Part shown: one piece after another, positions 37,740 through 49,785 of the stretch
How positions within the stretch are numbered: position 1 is the stretch's first letter
How the letters are laid out: every line of letters starts with the position of its first letter
NCBI GenBank assembly: GCA_024704765.1
Contig: JAKMXF010000358.1
Location: 82,192 to 146,191, forward strand
Direction: 5' to 3'
DNA length: 64,000 nt
Origin: Oopsacas minuta
Lineage: Eukaryota; Animalia; Porifera
Notes under the pieces: generated by a model
What the model was told of the DNA's origin: nothing
The model's input: only the letters and a program-made list of their open reading frames with translations
Databases searched by the model: none
Position numbers and translations under genes: made by a program

Positions 37740-40700
37740 TAGGCCGGATCGAGAAAAGTATAAATCGTCGGTTCAACTTCTACCTAAGGGAAAAGTTGCC
37801 TTTACCATTTTCTAGGAAAATGCGAGACTTAAATTTGAAAAATATTTCGATTTGACCCTTGCGGTTTTATATTTTTGCTGTGTCACTTTCGCAAAATTGA
37901 TTTTATATTGTCCGAATTTTCAAATTCCTTTGACTTAGCCCCTTTATATATATTATTTGGTAATAGTAAGTCGCATATTTGCTATTGAATGGTATATTAA
38001 TCGAATTTCTATGTCCAAGGATACTCAAGTTATCAAGATTTTTTTTGCATATTCTATCATACCCTAATATTATTACCCACCCCCTTTTTTTCCGATTATT
38101 TGAAAATTCTATATTCTTAGTAAAATTTTTATATAATCACCAAACTTAGTATATTTCTTTATCAGATCCAAATTCCTCAATAGGTTACCACAAAGAAATT
38201 TTACCAACATTCCTTATCTCTTGTTCTAACTTAGTTACCATTTATCTAGCATGGAATTTATGGTCAATTATAGTATCTATATCAATGCTCGATCAAATCA
38301 TTCATATTATTGAGTGATTATATTCCTAAAATATATTTATTTTTGAAATGGCAGAAAACACGCGTAGTAAAGTATTTCATCCTATTTTTGGCTATCCAGG
38401 ACCCATTCCAGAAAATCAACTTCCAACAAAACTAGATCTATACAATCATTATAGAATGCTTAGAAATGAAGATTCTAAATCAACTAGAGATGATATAGCG
38501 AAAGAACTAACTGAAGTATTAGTGCGTATCTATAATTTGGCTTCCATACCCACTATATCAGAGCTCAAAATAAAACAGTACATCAATTCTGATATTATTG
38601 AGAAAGCTAAATACTACGGAAAAAGTATCCAAAACAAACAACAACCTGACCGTATACAGCCTATTATTTCCGAATTCAATGTCTTGTTCGATGTCTCAAG
38701 TTGCAAATGCCTAATTCAGGAAGGTAAATGTTTTTGCTCTCTTGATAAAAAGATACCACGCCGTGAGTGGCCATTTCTCTTTGATCAGCGAAACGCTCGA
38801 AAATTATTTATATCCAGCTTGGATTGCATGACAACCTCTAAAAATTTTGTTAAACAAAAAAGAAAAGAGGCACAATATGAAAGAGAAAAAAGGGAAATGA
38901 AGAGATTACATGCAGTTCAACCTTCGCAAGAATTTATAGAATGTGACTTTGAAGAGTTTGAATCTTTTGACTCGAGTACATCTAATACTCACAAGTATAC
39001 ACGTAATCATAATCAATTACGAAATTTAGCCATAATGTGTGATAGATATCAAATTAGCGATCGGGCAGGCGCAGCTATAGCTAACGCAGTACTGCAGGAT
39101 TACGGTATTATCACACCGGAAGAAGATAGTCAAATTATTGATAGAAACAAACTCCGTAGATCTAGATTCTCTGTGAGAAAGGAATTGGCTAATGAGGCTC
39201 ACGAAACTATCAATGATATATCTGCAATATATTTTGATGGCCGTAAAGATCAAACTCGAGTACTGGTAGAAAGAGAAGATGGACATTTGCAACAGGATAC
39301 TGCAAATGAAGAACATTATACTGTCTTATCTGAACCGGGGAATCAGTATGTTGCCCATATAACACCAAGTTCTGGTAAAGCCAAAGATATAGCAAAGGAA
39401 TTGACTGATCTTTGCAGGGAGCGTAATTCAAATTTAATGGCGGTTGGAGCTGATGGAGCTCGTGTTAACACTGGAATCTACAATGGGTGTATTAGATTAC
39501 TTGAACTAGAGTTCACAAAACCACTCCACTGGTTTATTTGCCAATTACATGGTAATGAACTTCCATTGAGGCATCTCTTTCAAATAATAGATGGAAAAAC
39601 CAGTGGACCGAATTCTTTTAAAGGAGTAATTGGTAAAGAACTTAATTGTGATTTTACTTGCAAACCAATTGCAGCGTATCATCCTTTATGCGGTAAAACT
39701 CAACTTATTGATTGCGATATTCTCAAGAATTTAAATAAAGATCAGAAATATCTATATAATATCTGCCATGCAGTTCAGACTGGTATTTGCTCATCTGAAC
39801 TGGCATCGATGCAACCTGGTCCTTTAATAATGCTAGATGGACAACACTGGCCAACAGATTACTTAGGTCGTACATTTCTACGATACATCCCACACCTGAA
39901 TTATCCCGACTTGTCAATTTTATCGTCAATTATTATGCACCAGTTTGGTTTAGAATCAAGAGTAACCCGATTTGCACAGATGGACCTAAAAATATGTTTT
40001 TTGCGATATCTTTGCTACGAGATCTACCGGAGTCTGACCAAGAAGTAATTTGCGATGTGATACAGAGAAACTCATATTTTTGTCATCCAGAAAATCTCTT
40101 GTTATCGATGCTTGCAGATAATGATGAACAAATTAGACAAAAGGCAGTGAAGACTATTTTAGATATCCGAATTAACAGTTCATCATTTAGACCGATTGAA
40201 ATTCGCCCATTTAATCTTCCTTCAATTAGGTTCACTGCTGAAACATATATGGATATGATTGATTGGGAAACCTCTTTTATCACAGAACCGCCTTTTACAA
40301 GATACCTCTCAAAAGAAGTACTAATTAATTGTGTACGTACTCCACTAGAAATTCCAGCATATCCATGTCATACACAAGCTGTTGAAAGAACTATTCAATT
40401 AGTCACTAAAAGTTCGTGTTCAGTAACAGGAGAAGATGCGAGACATGGATTAATTCTTTCAACCCTAACATCAAGAGAAAAAATGCCCGCATTTGAGTCA
40501 AAGAAAGATTATGCATGTTAAATATACTTGATATAACATAATTGAATCATTTACCACGATAGATAAAAAAGCTAATAATTTTCAAATAATCGGAAAAAAA
40601 GGGGGGTGGGTAATAATATTAGGGTATGATAGAATATGCAAAAAAAATCTTGATAACTTGAGTATCCTTGGACATAGAAATTCGATTAATATACCATTCA

Positions 40701-40946
40701 ATAGCAAATATGCGACTTACTATTACCAAATAATATATATAAAGGGGCTAAGTCAAAGGAATTTGAAAATTCGGACAATATAAAATCAATTTTGCGAAAG
40801 TGACACAGCAAAAATATAAAACCGCAAGGGTCAAATCGAAATATTTTTCAAATTTAAGTCTCGCATTTTCCTAGAAAATGGTAGAGGAAACTTTTCCCTT
40901 AGATAGAAGTTGAACCGACGATTTATACTTTTCTTGTTCCGGCCTA
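37740..40946 (+). mobile_element. hATm-type hAT transposon, full length, with about 370-bp TIRs
   Basis: TIRs 37740-38108 / 40577-40946 (taggccgga...tccggccta), 5 substitutions plus 1 indel; perfect 8-bp TSD gcctatag at 37732-37739 and 40947-40954. Confidence 0.95.
38348..40521 (+). CDS. hATm-type transposase, about 724 aa if a single 1-nt deletion at about 39826-39831 is corrected
   Basis: YFDGRKD, VGADGARVNTG, WFICQLHGNELPLRHL, then a frame change restoring PGPL-ARWTTLANRLLR ... FCHPENLLLSML ... PCHTQAVER; no other lesion seen. Confidence 0.9.
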
Positions 40947-41199
40947 GCCTATAGTGCTCTAAGAATATGTATAATTCATTATGAGGATAGAGATCTTATG
41001 TAGCAACATGCAAACTATGTATTAGCGTCAATACTTGTGATTACTTTTGAAATTTTGTGTCTTAAACGTCTTAATATGAAAAATGTTTTACCCACCCATA
41101 AATTTTGTATTCAATGTTGATAATATATAATAATTATTGTAAATATTTTCGTTTCTTCCAATTACTGCAATATTTGTACCGCATCATCACATATTCAAC

Positions 41200-41356
41200 A
41201 TGACATGCCTAGTACCTGGTTGTAAGTCGAATTATCACAGTCAAGGTGATTCATATGTGCCTACTTTTTCCTTTCCTACTGATGTTGAAACTCGTGAAAA
41301 GTGGTTTCGAGCGATCCCTCGACCGAAAGGAGACTATGAGGAGAATAAACGATTTT
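41200..41356 (+). CDS. THAP zinc-finger N-terminus, truncated by the assembly gap
   Basis: MTCLVPGCKSNY...TFSFPTDVETREKWFRAIPR matches the THAP pattern C-x-V-x-G-C, F-x-FP, W-x-x-x-I-x-R. Confidence 0.8.
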
Positions 41357-41645
41357 NNNNNNNNNNNNNNNNNNNNNNNNNNNNNNNNNNNNNNNNNNNN
41401 NNNNNNNNNNNNNNNNNNNNNNNNNNNNNNNNNNNNNNNNNNNNNNNNNNNNNNNNNNNNNNNNNNNNNNNNNNNNNNNNNNNNNNNNNNNNNNNNNNNN
41501 NNNNNNNNNNNNNNNNNNNNNNNNNNNNNNNNNNNNNNNNNNNNNNNNNNNNNNNNNNNNNNNNNNNNNNNNNNNNNNNNNNNNNNNNNNNNNNNNNNNN
41601 NNNNNNNNNNNNNNNNNNNNNNNNNNNNNNNNNNNNNNNNNNNNN
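41357..41645. other. Assembly gap (289 N); single-N joins also at 50807, 56300, 57766 and 59300
   Basis: Directly visible runs of n. Confidence 1.
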
Positions 41646-42434
41646 GACCATATTTTAGCACTTGATCTCTTATTCCGACAACAGAACTTGGTAGTGATTG
41701 TCCTAGTGCAGCAAGAGATTTTCTCAAGTCCATTGATGTAGTATATATATTAAATGAAAGCCCATCGCAAGCTGTCATCCTGGCTAAAACAGCTGGTAGG
41801 CTAGCGTCGTTCATGTAATAATCTAATTTCCTAACCGCACAAGTATTTGAGATAGCACTTTCTTCATTATTTGAGCGTTTCAATAAATCAATTTGGTGCT
41901 GTGATTTAAGATGATTGTGTAGCCCCTTTGTTGATCCCCCTTCGCATTTAAGTACCTTTTTACAGAATTACACTGAGCTACTTTCCCACATACCAAGCGC
42001 TTAAAATGGTTCCAAATTTTGGATCCTGCAAGCTCTTGAAACATAACTTTTCCAGCCATTCAAGGTACGATATAACGACAATGCAACAAATACGATTTAG
42101 AATGAAATTGAGGCTTTTCGGACGATTGACCTTATATTTGAAGTTTGAATGGCTAGAATGGTTGAGTGGTACCTTACAAGTTTGCTTGAATTCTCTGACT
42201 TGTTAAGCATTTATTAATTTTGGTGTCTTATTCATTTGAAAACATATTTCATTCAATATTAACAATACGAAACTAATTAAATCACTAAATCATTTCAACG
42301 CAATTATACAAATGTACATAATGATCATAGAGCATGTCAATATGCAATCAAGAAGATATCCCGGGATTGAAGAAACAATCTCGGGAATTAGTCCTGAAAC
42401 AATAACTTTCGGGATCCCGGGATTAAAAACATTA
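41646..42434 (-). mobile_element. 5' half of a BED-finger hAT element
   Basis: MAGKVMFQELAGSKIWNHFKR...AQC..CKKVLKCEG-STKGLHNHLKSQH (BED finger), LPAVLARMTACDGLSF; cccgggat subterminal repeats; terminus cccgggattaaaaacatta followed by tctggtac. Confidence 0.88.
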
Positions 42435-42981
42435 TCTGGTACTTGCGAACACCCTATTCATAATCTTATGTCCTCCCCTTGAATGCCCACTCCTATGATG
42501 TTCCTTTGGTGATCGTTGTAGAGAACTCATCATTTTACATTCGGGAAACTTAGGTTACACCTTCAAACAAAATTCCTGAATAATGATTCAGGACAATAAA
42601 CATGCGCGCTATTTTTGTAACTTTGAATTAGTGTTTATCATAGTATTGTTGCTCTTGAAAATGAATTTTTCTGGTACGGTACCCTCAGGACTGGGGTTGG
42701 TTAACCGAATTCAGGCGGCGGTTAAAGCCATTTCAATAATAGCGGTTGACTGGTTAACTGCTGGAATTATTCTTTGATATGATCCATGCTGTTTGGTGAC
42801 AATAATTGTAAACACCAATGCATTGCTGTTATATATGCATTCGTGATGCGATTATATCATCCAAAACGATTGAAATTGAGAATACGGACCAAAAATGTAA
42901 CATTTAAAAACACCGAACTAGCAAAATTCGTGTGTATAAATTTCGTACCTCTAAAACCCTTAGGAACACTCAATATATTGA

Positions 42982-43410
42982 CAGGGTTGCCGTTGGGGAT
43001 TCACATGGAATGGGAATTCTGTTCTTTCTGCGGCAATTTCGATATTAAAATCTCATTTGTGCGCGAAATGTGAGATATATCAGGTATAATCCCCATGTTC
43101 TTAGTATATTAGGCAGGGCTCTCAAGTGTCAGCCTGAAAATTCTTGAAATTGGGAGACGATAAATCTCATGATTCTCTCGTGAGATGTACTAGTTGGTAT
43201 TAGTTTTCGATGAAATGATAAAATGAATCTCTAGTCAATATTGACCCAATATCGTGGTAGTTGAGACAGTGTCATAGTTGAGAGCCCAGCATTAGGATGC
43301 GCGAAATTCATCATACTTAGTTTGCGGGATTCCTAACTGAAGGCAGAAACACTGGATTGACATATGGAAAACCTTCGGAAAAACCCATGGGAATTCCCAC
43401 AGAAACCCTG
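42982..43410. mobile_element. hAT-like MITE with a nested smaller MITE (43114-43289)
   Basis: Outer cagggttgccg...cagaaaccctg with cccatggga motifs (relative at about 34760-34900); inner cagggctctcaa...ttgagagcccag flanked by tattagg / cattagg. Confidence 0.7.
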
Positions 43411-43643
43411 TTTGAATCGGATAGGAATAGCAATTGAAATTTTTGTCTATTGGATATTTTATATTATGGACATCTCGAATATTGTTTATTTGCTCTAAAT
43501 ATTAATAATACATGCTCACTCAGGTGAAATCAATCGATGTATTATCGTAATATGGAGGAAGAAAAATTAGGTTGATGCAGTATTCTTAATAATAATTGAA
43601 GCAGAATAATAGAATATGAAAATAATGAATGAATATAATACGT

Positions 43644-43798
43644 CATCGGCGTAGGCAACGGTAGGGTTGGTAGGACTATTGCCCTACCAATAATTTTGCT
43701 CTCTCCATGGGACTAATAGAAAAGCATTGCTGGCCCTACCAATACTGTCATCATGACTCCAAGGCCCTACCAATCCACATCCCGAGTCTACACCCCTG
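43644..43798. mobile_element. 155-bp MITE flanked by a 5-bp direct repeat
   Basis: tacgt|catcggcgtagg ... gtctacacccctg|tacgt; internal gccctaccaat x3; related fragment at about 17680-17750. Confidence 0.65.
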
Positions 43799-44284
43799 TA
43801 CGTTGTTAATTGCATTACAATATATCACTTGTGAGACAGAATTAATTGATTGCAAAAAGCAAGCAACCAAATGCACACGTTTTTAAACGCCTGGGACCTC
43901 GGCGTTCCTCAAACTTCCAGCTAGATTGTTGAGCTTCAGTGCCGTTCTTTTTGTTGTTTCGTACCAATTCACCTTCGAAAACCACATAACTGATAGAAAT
44001 TGTGAACTAAGTGTTGATAAATAATTGAAACGTACCATAGGGCTGGATTCGGTTAGCGGTTAACTGATTAACTGACGCTATTTCCAGTTAACAGCTATGA
44101 TAAAATATATTTGGTTAACCGAAAATGTCATTATAACAGGTGTTGACGGTAGGTAATCAGCGTTTTAGCCTTTGTGGGATAATCTGGGACCCTACTCATT
44201 CATCAGCGATTTAGTCTTTGTCGGGCAATCTGGGACCCTAAATTTACTGGGGTAGCAAAATACCTCACATGAGCAACGGAGGGT

Positions 44285-45004
44285 TAATATGCTAATAATG
44301 TGTAGACTAGATTTAGGATACTCAGTATGGAGAGTGCACTTGTTTGTGGTGTTTCTGGATGAGACTTTTCACGTCTGGTATCATAATTGTGAGCAGCAAT
44401 CTCAAATCTCCGCCTTGTGAATGTTAAGTCTATTTCTTTGTTTGGTTACCAATTGAACTACAGTACTGAATCCTTTCTCTGCTAAATATGATTTAAGGAA
44501 TGCCAAAGTTCGCAATTTGGCCTTCTTCCATAATGTTACGTATTGGCTACCTTAGGAGAATGCTGGCCAAAATTGTGGGTTACTCATCATGTTAAAACGC
44601 GCTTCCTCCTCGTAGTCATTCTGCAGGTCGATTAACTCTTCTTGCAAACTCAGAGAAACTGTTTCAACATGGACACAAAATGGATCAATAATCCTATATG
44701 TTATTTCCAATTCTTAGAGATCCCTGAAACGCTTAGTCATGTCCATTTTGAGCGCATCATGATGGTCAGAGTAAGCGAGCAAGTCGTTATCTGATATTGT
44801 AATCTTTGCTAAGCGGGAAAACTGGTAAATTCTGTTCCACCAATGTTCTGTTTAAGAATATCCTGTTACAATATGGTTCGATCTTTGTGGATATTTTCGA
44901 ATTAAACCCGTGGCGCCCCTCCAGCGCCCCATTGCGGTATCACCTCTCACCAGTATGCTTCCGACGGCCCCTAGTGTCTCTACGACCCACTTTGAGAACC
45001 ACTG
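44285..45004 (-). mobile_element. Internally deleted derivative of the Buster-type element at 9720-11711
   Basis: Shares tatgctaataatgtgtag, caattcttagagatccctgaa and the end ...ccactttgagaaccactg; retains a C-terminal coding piece (LNIHK..DLRLLLT) absent from the first copy. Confidence 0.88.
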
Positions 45005-46044
45005 GGCTAAGGTACAATTATCTCTAAGGTATGCCCCATTCCCCACTTCCAGTTTATAGATGTTTATTTCTATGGAAATGAATTAAGGCTGACCAAAATT
45101 CACTCTTATAGAGGTCCCCATTTATAGTTTCTCCACTTATTCAGGTTGCACTGTACTGTAGGAAATATTAGGATTCCCTATATAAATTCATTGCAATATA
45201 TCGCTGTACCTGATCTAAAATTTATTGGATTATCATTACCATGTATATTGAATACTATTGATAAGCCAATCCGGTCAATATACTCCCCATGTACAACTTC
45301 CCATTCAATCGTATTATATATCAGTACCGTTATGCACCAAGTACAACCTATAGTTTCTTCGAAAAGGATTGTCCCAAATCATTCTGAAAATGAATCTATC
45401 ATGTTCGATGATGTCTAATCCACCTAAGCTGCTTTCAAGAGATTGAAACTAAACGAAAGGTAATAACACTTTGTTTGAGGGGCCTAACTTAAACAGTATA
45501 TTCTAGGAAACTATCAGATGGAATGTGTTGTGACTCTCATACTACTATAGACTAATAGTAACTGGCTTACAGTTTCAAACCAATCGAAGATGGTTTGTGA
45601 AATCATTGGATGCTTTTACAAATTATTAGATTATATTGATAAAATTTCAGAAATACTATCAATTTTGTAGTATTTGATTTCAAAATTATTTAATTGTATG
45701 GTGGTGAAGTAAATTGGAATTCTTTTGCGGAATCAGCATAAAAAATGTCTAGGAAATGTTAGGATTCAGAGAAGAAATATTCCAAAGTGGAAATATGTTG
45801 ACCAGTGTTATTTTGAGGCAACATACAAAAGATTGCTGAAAATTATCCCGGCCAAGTCTTTAGGAATCAAGCAGCCGGCTGAAGACGTATGATGGTGAAA
45901 TCAGGGTTTCATTCAGGTTCTCAGGACCATACGCTTATAACTGTATTCTAATACTTCCATACGCTAGACCAGGCCCGGATTACCTATATGACAACTAAGC
46001 CTCAACGCATTGACCATCTCCTTAGTATTGGATGGAATATTGGG

Positions 46045-46652
46045 GGGGCGCTGCATTAGGTCGAATTTAATATATATGTAATAGGTCGAATTCCCATTGT
46101 TAGGCATTAGGTCGAAATAAGATGTTGTGATAGAGCGAATTCATTTTAGCTATATTGTGGATAGATCGATAAAGAAAATGGATTTATAGAAACGAGGACG
46201 TGATAGGACTTTTTAGTGTATTAATTATAAACCCGCACCATTGAGACGGGATTAAGGATTTTGTTCACTACTTTATCGGTCTAGGAGTATTAATTTGTGC
46301 TCGTTATTAAGCTATCTAGCGACGGGGATGTGGAGTCCATGCTAATTTTGTGTTTGGATGGACTTTTTGTTGGATTAATTATTTGAAGAGGATGCATAAT
46401 AGCGGATCGCTGTATTTTTTGCATTTATAATGTTTGTGCAGGTTTTTTAGAAATTTAAGGAAGGATTCGGTGTTTCTCAAAATATGAATTGGTTTCAATT
46501 ATGAGATTTTCACAGCTAAAATACATTCGCTTTATTGACAACATATCTATAATAGAATTTGACTTTATGCAAACAATGAAATTCGACCTAATGCCAACAC
46601 ACGGAATTCTACCTAGTGCCCACACCGTAATTCGGCTTAATGCATGCGCCTC
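46045..46652. mobile_element. MULE-like non-autonomous element with attaggtcgaa subterminal repeats
   Basis: ggggcgctgcattaggtcgaatt / aattcggcttaatgcatgcgcctc; several taggtcgaa and ttcgaccta copies. Confidence 0.6.
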
Positions 46653-46689
46653 GGCACATTTGGTCCAAAACGCTAATGCAACTAGTTCC

Positions 46690-49222
46690 TTACTCACAAA
46701 CTAAAGATGACCCAAAAATTTCTTGACACTAACTCTCGAAATTTCTCATTCTGGATTGGACTCTTCTAACTACTTTGGAAATTTCATATCCTGTGAAGCT
46801 GCTTTTGGAGCAGATGTAGACAAGAACCAGGCCTTTACATAGAAGTTGACAACGCACATACATATATTCTTGAGACAAAACTCTTCCATAGATGTAAGTT
46901 TACACTGATGTCGATACAGCCATATCTTGGGACATTGTATTTCCTTCGCCATCCACCTTGATCTATGCAAAGCACCAGAACCATTATCTGAATGCCACCT
47001 GAAGGTTCTCAACCCAAATTTATTATTGTCACCTCCAAAAATTCCCAATAATCATCTTAGGGCTTTTAATTTAGTAGCTGCTGTTTACAAAAGTCTATCA
47101 TGTCAACGGATAAATTTAAACAAATTCCTAAACTTGATCTGTCACATTCCAATCAACAATGATGGTGGTTATCGCACCTGCCATGTTATCCCAAGTACCC
47201 GAATGAATCTTAACAACAGCAAAAAATTGCTGAATACCAACTCCAGATACTAGTACCGGGGGACGATCAACAACTTCTTTCCCATTATATCACGAAGCAT
47301 CTTTCCATCCCAATATAATATCAAGGGTACGGTTGGTTTTAACTCCTCGGCCTCTGGAATTTCTTTTCGAAATTTGCTTCTTTCTCGATAAATTGACATC
47401 CGATTACAAACTATATCTTTTAGATCGTGACCTAGTCTATTCGCTGTTGCTCCAATAATATACGTTGCATTACGATCGCTTACCTTAGTTCTATCAAGAG
47501 CCCTTGCCAAATCACAATCCATAATATTCTTTGGTCTCTTTCGAACTGAATAGAGAACAGAAACATTATTATCAGTGCTAGAATCTGGCTCACAACGACT
47601 ACTAGTGACTTCCAAAGTGCAATGACTTTGTTTATTCTATATTCATCCCTCTCTCTATTTGATTTAGAAGGAATGAGTATTCGTTCAATTGATCTCTTTC
47701 CATTTTTGAAAGTGTCATGTAAACTAAACCCATGCACCCACTTCTTACTACCTTTCTCTGTGTGAGTGGAAGGTAGGAATATTTGGATGCATGTGTTCAA
47801 AAGCCTTGTCTTCAGGATTTATGATTATTGTTAATGCATCTTGATGCGCAACGTCGAATAGATTATCCCGATCATTAGTAATCAACATCTCTTTTCTAAC
47901 TAATACTTCTTACCTTTTGCTATATTTTCCTTATATTTTTCAGTTTCTGTAATGCAGTGATTTCTTTCTCAATAGATTTAACTACATGCTTTTTCTGTCG
48001 AAAGAGTATTCTCTCCCGCTCCCATAAGATTAGGAGAGCTTCGGCTGTGATTGTCGAGTTCTCACTATGATCCTTTTCATTGAAAATGGTTGTAAAAAAA
48101 TACTGACATTACCTGAAGTTTTGAGGATAGTTTGGATCCTGATAAATCAAGTGGTCATGGACCAATAAGCCAAATATTAGTAGCATTCTTGAAGTTGCCA
48201 TTGATTAATATTGCACACTACTGATTGTAGTATTTATACGAAATATACTCACTTGTATATTAATTGCTAATGTATACACAACTGTCGTTTTGACAGTACA
48301 GTGGAAGCCGCTTGATCGGGATTCGGATAATAGAGATATCCGCTTAAACGGGACAATGGTTTGAGAACAGATTTTTTACATAGAAATATTGTCGGATAAT
48401 TGGGACATTGAATCGGTTAATCGGGATTTTTACCCCGATTACCCGAATATTTGAATGTTCATAATCGGTTATTTAGGATTTCTTATTCCGATTAACCGGA
48501 TATGAATTATATTCGCTTAATTGGGATTTCTATCCCAATTTTACGATTCTATATTTATTCAGAATCATTGTAAAATTGTTTGTTCTAAAACAATTAATTT
48601 GAATATTATCTACAACCATAACAATACGACACCGATGCGATTACCATTACTATACCAAGATTATTAACATTACTCACTCGCCTCAGGTTCCATTGGCTAT
48701 TCCACCGTGTATAATTCCCTCAATAATGACCACACTGTTGGATATCCAAACGTTTTGCATGGGTTGCAGTAATTAGCACATGCTTTATTATTTAAACTTT
48801 ATTTTCTTACTTTCTAAGTATATAGCGTAACGCATTTTATGACCTCTTGAAGCGGAACTATACCCATACTACAACCAAATCTCTACTAGACCCTAGATAA
48901 ATCAGGATTAGTAGTATAGAAATTAGATTTATCTGGTCATGTGACAATGAAAAACTAGTTTTGAATACTTAAATAATCATAATCGGTAAATCGGTTAATC
49001 GGGGCAGAACATTGACTCCCGAGCTGTCCCGATTAAAGGGCTTTCGCTATACATGTGCAGATCAATTAACTTGACAAATGTAAATACATAATCATTGCGG
49101 TAGCGACCTCTAAAATGCTCATAATAGGTTCAAAATTAGAGATACTATATTATCGAGTATTTGAAAATATTTGTGTGATGGCCCATTGAAAAATGCAAAA
49201 ATTTATTTTTGGGGTCCACCCT
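46690..49222 (-). pseudogene. Second, degenerate hATm-type element (different subfamily) with its 5' terminus at about 49222
   Basis: LARALDRTKVSDRNATYII, LILYWDGKMLRDI and NFYVKAWFLSTSAPKA in 46690-48090; end reads ttagggtggacccc on the minus strand; interrupted by a MITE at 48299-49049. Confidence 0.75.
48299..49049. mobile_element. pogo/Tigger-like non-autonomous element (751 bp)
   Basis: ta|cagtggaagccgcttgatcggga ... tcccgattaaagggctttcgcta|ta; many ttaatcggga / ccgattaa subrepeats. Confidence 0.7.
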
Positions 49223-49785
49223 AATATTTATCTATTAATTAATTCTGAGTGTATATACTATATAGTAACTTTGCTAGACAAGAAAAGTCTTGTGCAAACG
49301 TTTAGAAAGAAACGTTTTCGACTATACCTGTATTCTTAGTACATACACACCGGGTGACATATGGCATCTATTCAAAATGTTTTGTAAGAAAGCCGCAAGA
49401 TCTATTTTATTAAATACAGTATAAACATTTGTTAATGCATATTGGCTGGCCGTTTATATTATATTATCAAACTAATTTTGGAGTTTAAGTTGACTAAACT
49501 CTCATCTCATTTGTTTCTCTACATCGAATAAGACGAGACTATTATTCTGTTGCTTCGCCGCTATTCTGTTACTGTTTCCAGTCGTTGTCATTTGTTTTTT
49601 AATCAATCCATGTATATTTCTTACCAGGTCTTTTCCATCTTCTATTTTCAATCCAAATATATTTCTTACATCATTCATTTTCCTTGTTCTCTCTTCACTT
49701 TTCGTTGCAGAATATTTTTCATTAAATCATAATTTTTCGAACTTAAAATTTAGATTTAGATCGGAAACACTGAAGTTTTCATATC

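Larger units (their letters stand above)
37479..41356 (+). mobile_element. Left part of a putative P/Galileo-like THAP transposon, interrupted by the hATm element and cut by the N gap
   Basis: Starts catagcattctatatactaagg (same terminus as the MITE at 26490-28390, with patchy similarity to about 37670); with the hATm insertion removed, a THAP ORF begins about 500 bp from this end. Confidence 0.55.

Noticed and set aside
41200-41883. Long ORFs of 105-210 aa listed across 41200-41883
   Set aside because: Their length comes from the 289-N gap. The flanking real sequence belongs to two unrelated elements (THAP on plus, hAT on minus).
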